From assembly GCA_963772365.1 (NCBI GenBank), contig CAVYXA010000001.1:512001-576000 (forward strand): 64,000 nt of DNA, written 5' to 3'. The notes below the pieces were generated by a model that was not told the DNA's origin, searched no databases, and worked only from the letters and a program-made list of their open reading frames with translations. A program made the position numbers and the translations under genes. Positions 60,297 to 64,000 of this stretch are shown here, in pieces. The DNA comes from an uncultured Verrucomicrobiae bacterium (GTDB taxonomy: Bacteria; Verrucomicrobiota; Verrucomicrobiia; Chthoniobacterales; UBA10450). Position 1 is the stretch's first letter; the number at the start of each line of letters is the position of its first letter.

Positions 60297-60413
60297 GCCA
60301 GGTACCTCGGCGTCGCCACCGACCACATGATCGAGTCGTTTCGCAATCGGCTTTGGGCAGACGACAAGACCGGCGCCGGCATCGAGCCCGCGTTGCTCGC
60401 GCAATTCCATCCG
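60297..60413 (+). pseudogene. Internal fragment of a 5'-3' exonuclease / flap endonuclease gene
   Basis: Translates ARYLGVATDHMIESFRNRLWADDKTGAGIEPALLAQFHP, resembling the VAxD...SFR...YK region of bacterial FEN/PolA 5' nucleases. Confidence 0.65.
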
Positions 60414-60486
60414 AGCTTAATCGAATTATAGCGAGTTTACCGAGTTATATCTTGAATTGGATATAATCGGGTATAAACAGATACAA

Positions 60487-61671
60487 ATGGATCCAATCAA
60501 GAATCCTTTCTCACCGGGTGCCGGCTCCCCGCCTCCCGAACTAGTTGGGCGAGATCCAATCCTCGAGCAGGCTCGAATTCTCTTGGGGCGCGTCAAAGAA
60601 AGACGTCCTGAGAAAAGCATGTTGCTCACCGGATTACGCGGCGTGGGCAAGACCGTTTTGCTGAACGAAATCGATCGAATAGCGAAGGCGAGTACGTATC
60701 GCACCATCGTCGTTGAAGCACACGAAGACAAACCACTGGGACCTCTTCTCGCGCCATATCTGAGAAGCCTTCTCTTTGAGTTGGATCGAGTCGCAGGTGC
60801 AAGCAATAAAGTAAAACGCGGCCTTCGAGTGCTCCGCAGTTTTTTGGGAGTGCTAAAAATTACTTACAATGACGTAACGATCGGTGTGGATGTCGATCCT
60901 GAAAAGGGATCGGCGGACAGTGGTGATTTGGAGATCGACCTACCGAATCTTCTTGTGGCGATCGCTGAAGCGGCAGAAGAGCGGAAGACTGCGATCGCCG
61001 TGCTAATCGACGAAATCCAATACTTCGGCCAAAAGGAACTTGGCGCATTGATTATGGCGATGCACCGAGTGCAACAGCAAAGACTCCCGTTGGTCTTGCT
61101 CGGAGCTGGACTCCCTATTCTCCCTGCTTTGGCGGGCGAAGCGAAGTCTTATGCCGAGCGGCTATTCAGTTTTCCGGATATCGGTGCGCTCTCCGAGCCT
61201 GATAGCGCAAAAGCGCTGCAAGAGCCGGCACGCGTAGCAGGCGTCTCGTTCGCCCAGCGGGCGTTGCGAGAGATATTTCGTTTAACGAACGGCTATCCTT
61301 ACTTTTTGCAGGAATGGGGATATCAATCATGGAATTTGGCGACGACGAGCCCGATTACGTCCCGAGTCGTTGAGAATGCAACTCGCGCAGTAATTCCGCG
61401 TCTTGACCAAAATTTTTTCCGGGTGCGATTCGATCGACTTACACCAAGTGAAAAGAATTTTCTTCGGGCAATGGCGCAACTAGGTTCGGGCCCACAGCGT
61501 ACTGGCGACATCGCTCAACTTTTGCGCGTGAAAGTTACAGGTCTCGGCCCGCTTCGAGCTAAGCTAATCAAAAAGGGTATGATCTACAGCCCCGCGCACG
61601 GCGATCTGGCATTTACTGTTCCGTTGTTCAACGAATTTATGATCCGTGCGATACCGACATTCAAACCGTAG
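60487..61671 (+). CDS. Stand-alone AAA/STAND-like ATPase with C-terminal winged helix
   Basis: NPFSPGAG..PPELVGR, GLRGVGKT, LIDEIQ, TNGYPYFLQ, RAKLIKKGMIY. Confidence 0.85.
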   Translation: MDPIKNPFSPGAGSPPPELVGRDPILEQARILLGRVKERRPEKSMLLTGLRGVGKTVLLNEIDRIAKASTYRTIVVEAHEDKPLGPLLAPYLRSLLFELDRVAGASNKVKRGLRVLRSFLGVLKITYNDVTIGVDVDPEKGSADSGDLEIDLPNLLVAIAEAAEERKTAIAVLIDEIQYFGQKELGALIMAMHRVQQQRLPLVLLGAGLPILPALAGEAKSYAERLFSFPDIGALSEPDSAKALQEPARVAGVSFAQRALREIFRLTNGYPYFLQEWGYQSWNLATTSPITSRVVENATRAVIPRLDQNFFRVRFDRLTPSEKNFLRAMAQLGSGPQRTGDIAQLLRVKVTGLGPLRAKLIKKGMIYSPAHGDLAFTVPLFNEFMIRAIPTFKP

Positions 61672-61807
61672 GTATCGTCGTGGGGTGTCGCTTGCGTTAT
61701 CCGTGATGCTGCAAAGATTTATTCGACGATGTCGATCTTGCGCGCGCAGTGGCGACGCATGCGTTACGGGACGCAAAGCTCGTTGCCTTTCTCGACGAAC
61801 TCGCGCG

Positions 61808-61864
61808 ACATTGGCCCAAAATGATCGTTCACCTCGTCGACGACCGCGTAAAAGGCTTCGCCTC
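61808..61864 (+). repeat. Array repeat R4
   Basis: ACATTGGCCCAAAATGATCGTTCACCTCGTCGACGACCGCGTAAAAGGCTTCGCCTC. Confidence 0.85.
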
Positions 61865-62337
61865 GGTTTTGAAACTCGTTCGTTGCCCGCGCTTTGACTC
61901 ATGTGCTCCCGCCCATTTCGACCTCTCGGTTTGCCCATCTATGTTGCTCGCGTCCCCGCGGCTCCATTCTCGCTCCTACCCGCAATTCCCAATCGCAGTG
62001 CCCGGTTTCCTAGGTGCGCTCACTTTGCTCGGCACCTCCCACCGTAAGGTTCGCACCCTGTAAACGCCTCGTCGCTTTACCTTCTATGTCGCGCGTCCCA
62101 CGCGCTCCATTCGCAAGAACTCCTTGGGTTCCCGACCCAAGCTCTCGATTTCCCTAGGTCGACAAGCGACCCCCCATCGCAGAGTTCGCTCCCGCGAACG
62201 ATGGCCTCCAGAAATTTCCAATTCGGTGCCCGGCCTCCCTCCCGAGCACATCCCCGTCCAGCCGTAAAGTTGGCTCCCGAGCAACGCTCTAGACCGACTC
62301 AGTGCGAGCCGCACTGCCTCAGTATTTCAACAGTCTC

Positions 62338-62667
62338 CTAGGCCGGAGCGAGATCAGCCGCCACGTATCGGGTCTGATTGAGCACAGCGTCGGTGGCTTC
62401 GACCGGCACCTGCTTGATCAGTTCGCGGATGCTGAATTCCTGCTGCCCGACAACTTCAATCCCAATCACATTGTCCTTTTCGTCGAAATCGAGCATGACC
62501 AAGCCTTTCTCCGATTCGTGCTGTTCGGTGCGGGCAACTTTGCCGTCGCGAAGGCTGATGTACGCCGCGGTGGCTTCGGTATCGATCTCGACCACCGGAG
62601 GCTCGGTGATAGCAATGACGACGTCTTTACTATTCTTCCCAGTATCCGGTGATGATCCAGCACTCAT
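62338..62667 (-). CDS. DUF2283-like protein (TA-associated)
   Basis: EIDTEATAAYISL....VART...VMLDFDEKDNVIGIEV. Confidence 0.75.
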   Translation of the reverse strand: MSAGSSPDTGKNSKDVVIAITEPPVVEIDTEATAAYISLRDGKVARTEQHESEKGLVMLDFDEKDNVIGIEVVGQQEFSIRELIKQVPVEATDAVLNQTRYVAADLAPA

Positions 62668-62691
62668 TAGCAGATTGTCGATCTTAAGAAA

Positions 62692-62748
62692 AAAGTTCGC
62701 GATGGCGAGGGCGCCATCGCCAGCACGCGAGTCGCGTGCGCTCCCCGG
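62692..62748. repeat. Dispersed copy of the double-hairpin repeat that flanks the recG-embedded RAYT
   Basis: AAAGTTCGCGATGGCGAGGGCGCCATCGCCAGCACGCGAGTCGCGTGCGCTCCCCGG compared with 19434-19489. Confidence 0.85.
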
Positions 62749-62875
62749 AGAGGAAAATGCATTCGCGAGCGCGCTTTTCGATGTGCGCCGTGTCGTGAAA
62801 TTCATAAGCCATCGCACTCGTGATTACGCCTGCGAGCAAAGATCGGCGAGGTTATTTCCTTGAATTCTTCGCTAA

Positions 62876-63075
62876 CTACAGGTTTGCCCACGCGGCATTC
62901 TCTTCTGGGGAGTTCCAATCACGAGCCAGGACAGACTCTCTCAATTCTGCGCCGTTAAACGATTCATCGTCTCGGCTCTTCCTTAGACGCAGCGCAAAAT
63001 CGTAAACCTTGCGCTGCAGATTCTCAGGCAAGTTGGCGATTTCTTTCTCGATCAATTGTGCTCACCGTGGGACAT
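62876..63075 (-). CDS. DUF2281-like antitoxin (frameshift near start; not in ORF track)
   Basis: Manual translation ...LIEKEIANLPENLQRKVYDFALRL...ESVLARDWNSPEENAAWANL*. Confidence 0.65.
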
Positions 63076-63106
63076 TATCTCACAACCAGGTCTTGGCGTA
63101 AACTTC

Positions 63107-63193
63107 CCGCGTAAAAGGCTTCGCCTCACGCGGCTCCGATCGTGGTGCGGCGACGCTCTCCAACAGCCACGTGAGCCAACGCTCTTACGTGGC
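63107..63193. repeat. Array hairpin R5 and an inverted variant
   Basis: CCGCGTAAAAGGCTTCGCCTCACGCGG (63107-63133) and GCCACGTGAGCCAACGCTCTTACGTGGC (63166-63193). Confidence 0.75.
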
Positions 63194-63258
63194 CTGCGAA
63201 GCGCAAAAATCCCGGGTGCTATTGACCCCTTCCACACTGCTGCTAGCATCGACAACAC

Positions 63259-63921
63259 GTGAAAATTCCGTTCCTCGCGAATCGTCTTTTAGTTCCGATC
63301 CTCTTCTTAGCGGGTTCATTCGCTACCCGCCCTCTCCTTGCTCAGGAAGCTGTGACTGATAAACCGGTGACGGAAACAGAGGAAACGGAAACGCCGACCG
63401 AGGAAGCAACACCGGCGGAAGAGACCACGCCTGCCGCCGAGACGGAGAAGGAAAGTTCGAAGCAAAAGAAATCGGCAAAAGATCTTCGGCAAATGATGAC
63501 TCCGGAGGAATTCAGCGCTGCCGGGTTAGATAAGTTGTCGCCGGAAGAGCTGGAAAAACTGAATTCCCTGCTACAGGGCTACCGCAAAAAAGCGGAAACG
63601 AAGGCGGCCGAAAAAGCAGCAGCTGAGGCGACGGCGAAAGCAACCAAGGAAACAACCAAGAAGGTCCGGGCAAGTTTTTTTGGTGGGGGAGAGCCGATCG
63701 TTAGCCGGGTGGATGGCACCATGATTCCCTTAACCGGGCACACAGTGATCCGGCTGGAAGATGGCACCAGGTGGAAACAGGCAAATATTGAGGATCGCTA
63801 CCGGCCGCGAGTTAGCGATCGCCCGGCCGTGCTTGTCGTCCATACTGCGTTCGGCTACAAAATGCGCATCGAAGGCATGCCGGATTTCTACGTCAATCCG
63901 GCGCCGGAAAAGAACCGCTAG
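63259..63921 (+). CDS. Exported hypothetical protein
   Basis: Signal peptide, E/T-rich linker, MTPEEFSAAGLDKLSPEEL, IRLEDGTRWKQ. Confidence 0.75.
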   Translation: MKIPFLANRLLVPILFLAGSFATRPLLAQEAVTDKPVTETEETETPTEEATPAEETTPAAETEKESSKQKKSAKDLRQMMTPEEFSAAGLDKLSPEELEKLNSLLQGYRKKAETKAAEKAAAEATAKATKETTKKVRASFFGGGEPIVSRVDGTMIPLTGHTVIRLEDGTRWKQANIEDRYRPRVSDRPAVLVVHTAFGYKMRIEGMPDFYVNPAPEKNR

Positions 63922-64000
63922 GCTCCTTTTCGCCAAGGCGCGCTGCGACCATATCTCATTGTCATTCTGAGTTCTCATAATGATTGGAGATGTTTCGCTA

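Noticed and set aside
58947..63193. CRISPR array
   Set aside because: Repeats are separated by roughly 0.3-1.5 kb of gene-bearing DNA rather than 30-40 bp spacers, and no cas genes are present.
58947..63193. Classical integron with attC sites
   Set aside because: No intI gene in the window, and I could not find RYYYAAC...GTTRRRY boxes at the repeats. An IntegronFinder run would settle it.
1..64000. tRNA, rRNA, prophage or DDE insertion sequences
   Set aside because: No cloverleaf or T-loop consensus, rRNA-like sequence, phage structural gene, integrase or DDE transposase motif was recognised.

Overview
A 64 kb bacterial chromosomal window, most likely from soil Verrucomicrobiota (Chthoniobacterales / Ca. 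Udaeobacter-like). This is inferred from the VPDSG-type PEP-CTERM protein, the MKKKSAS-leader dockerin proteins and the repeat families. About a dozen single-base frameshifts, some in conserved genes, suggest uncorrected long-read indels rather than real pseudogenes. Contents in order: an ECF sigma / zinc anti-sigma-DUF4349 pair; a free-standing REP-flanked RAYT (HUH/Y1) gene; a Phe/Tyr catabolism plus pterin cluster (phhA, hppD, hmgA, folE, a three-domain PTPS, an SDR, a membrane PAS protein); housekeeping genes (asd, htrA-like, recG, recJ, pgl, msrA, fabG, tmk, holB, a DEAD-box helicase); a partial aryl-polyene-like tailoring operon; secreted kelch/BNR-dockerin proteins; and a defence/toxin-antitoxin island at about 52.2-63.2 kb. 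Three observations stand out. (1) recG carries a 615-bp, codon-exact, in-frame insertion made of an intact RAYT domain bracketed by its own inverted double-hairpin repeats, so the transposase appears to be made only as part of RecG. (2) At 58.9-63.2 kb, TA/ATPase cargo blocks are separated by recurring direct repeats consisting of a probable flap-endonuclease gene start (MIVHLVDG) joined to a bulged hairpin, which looks like a cassette array with no recombinase in the window. (3) A triple-tandem PTPS with one animal-like active site lies in a BH4-like operon next to a Phe hydroxylase. No rRNA, tRNA or CRISPR array was recognised. All family assignments come from motif recognition by eye; no database search was run.
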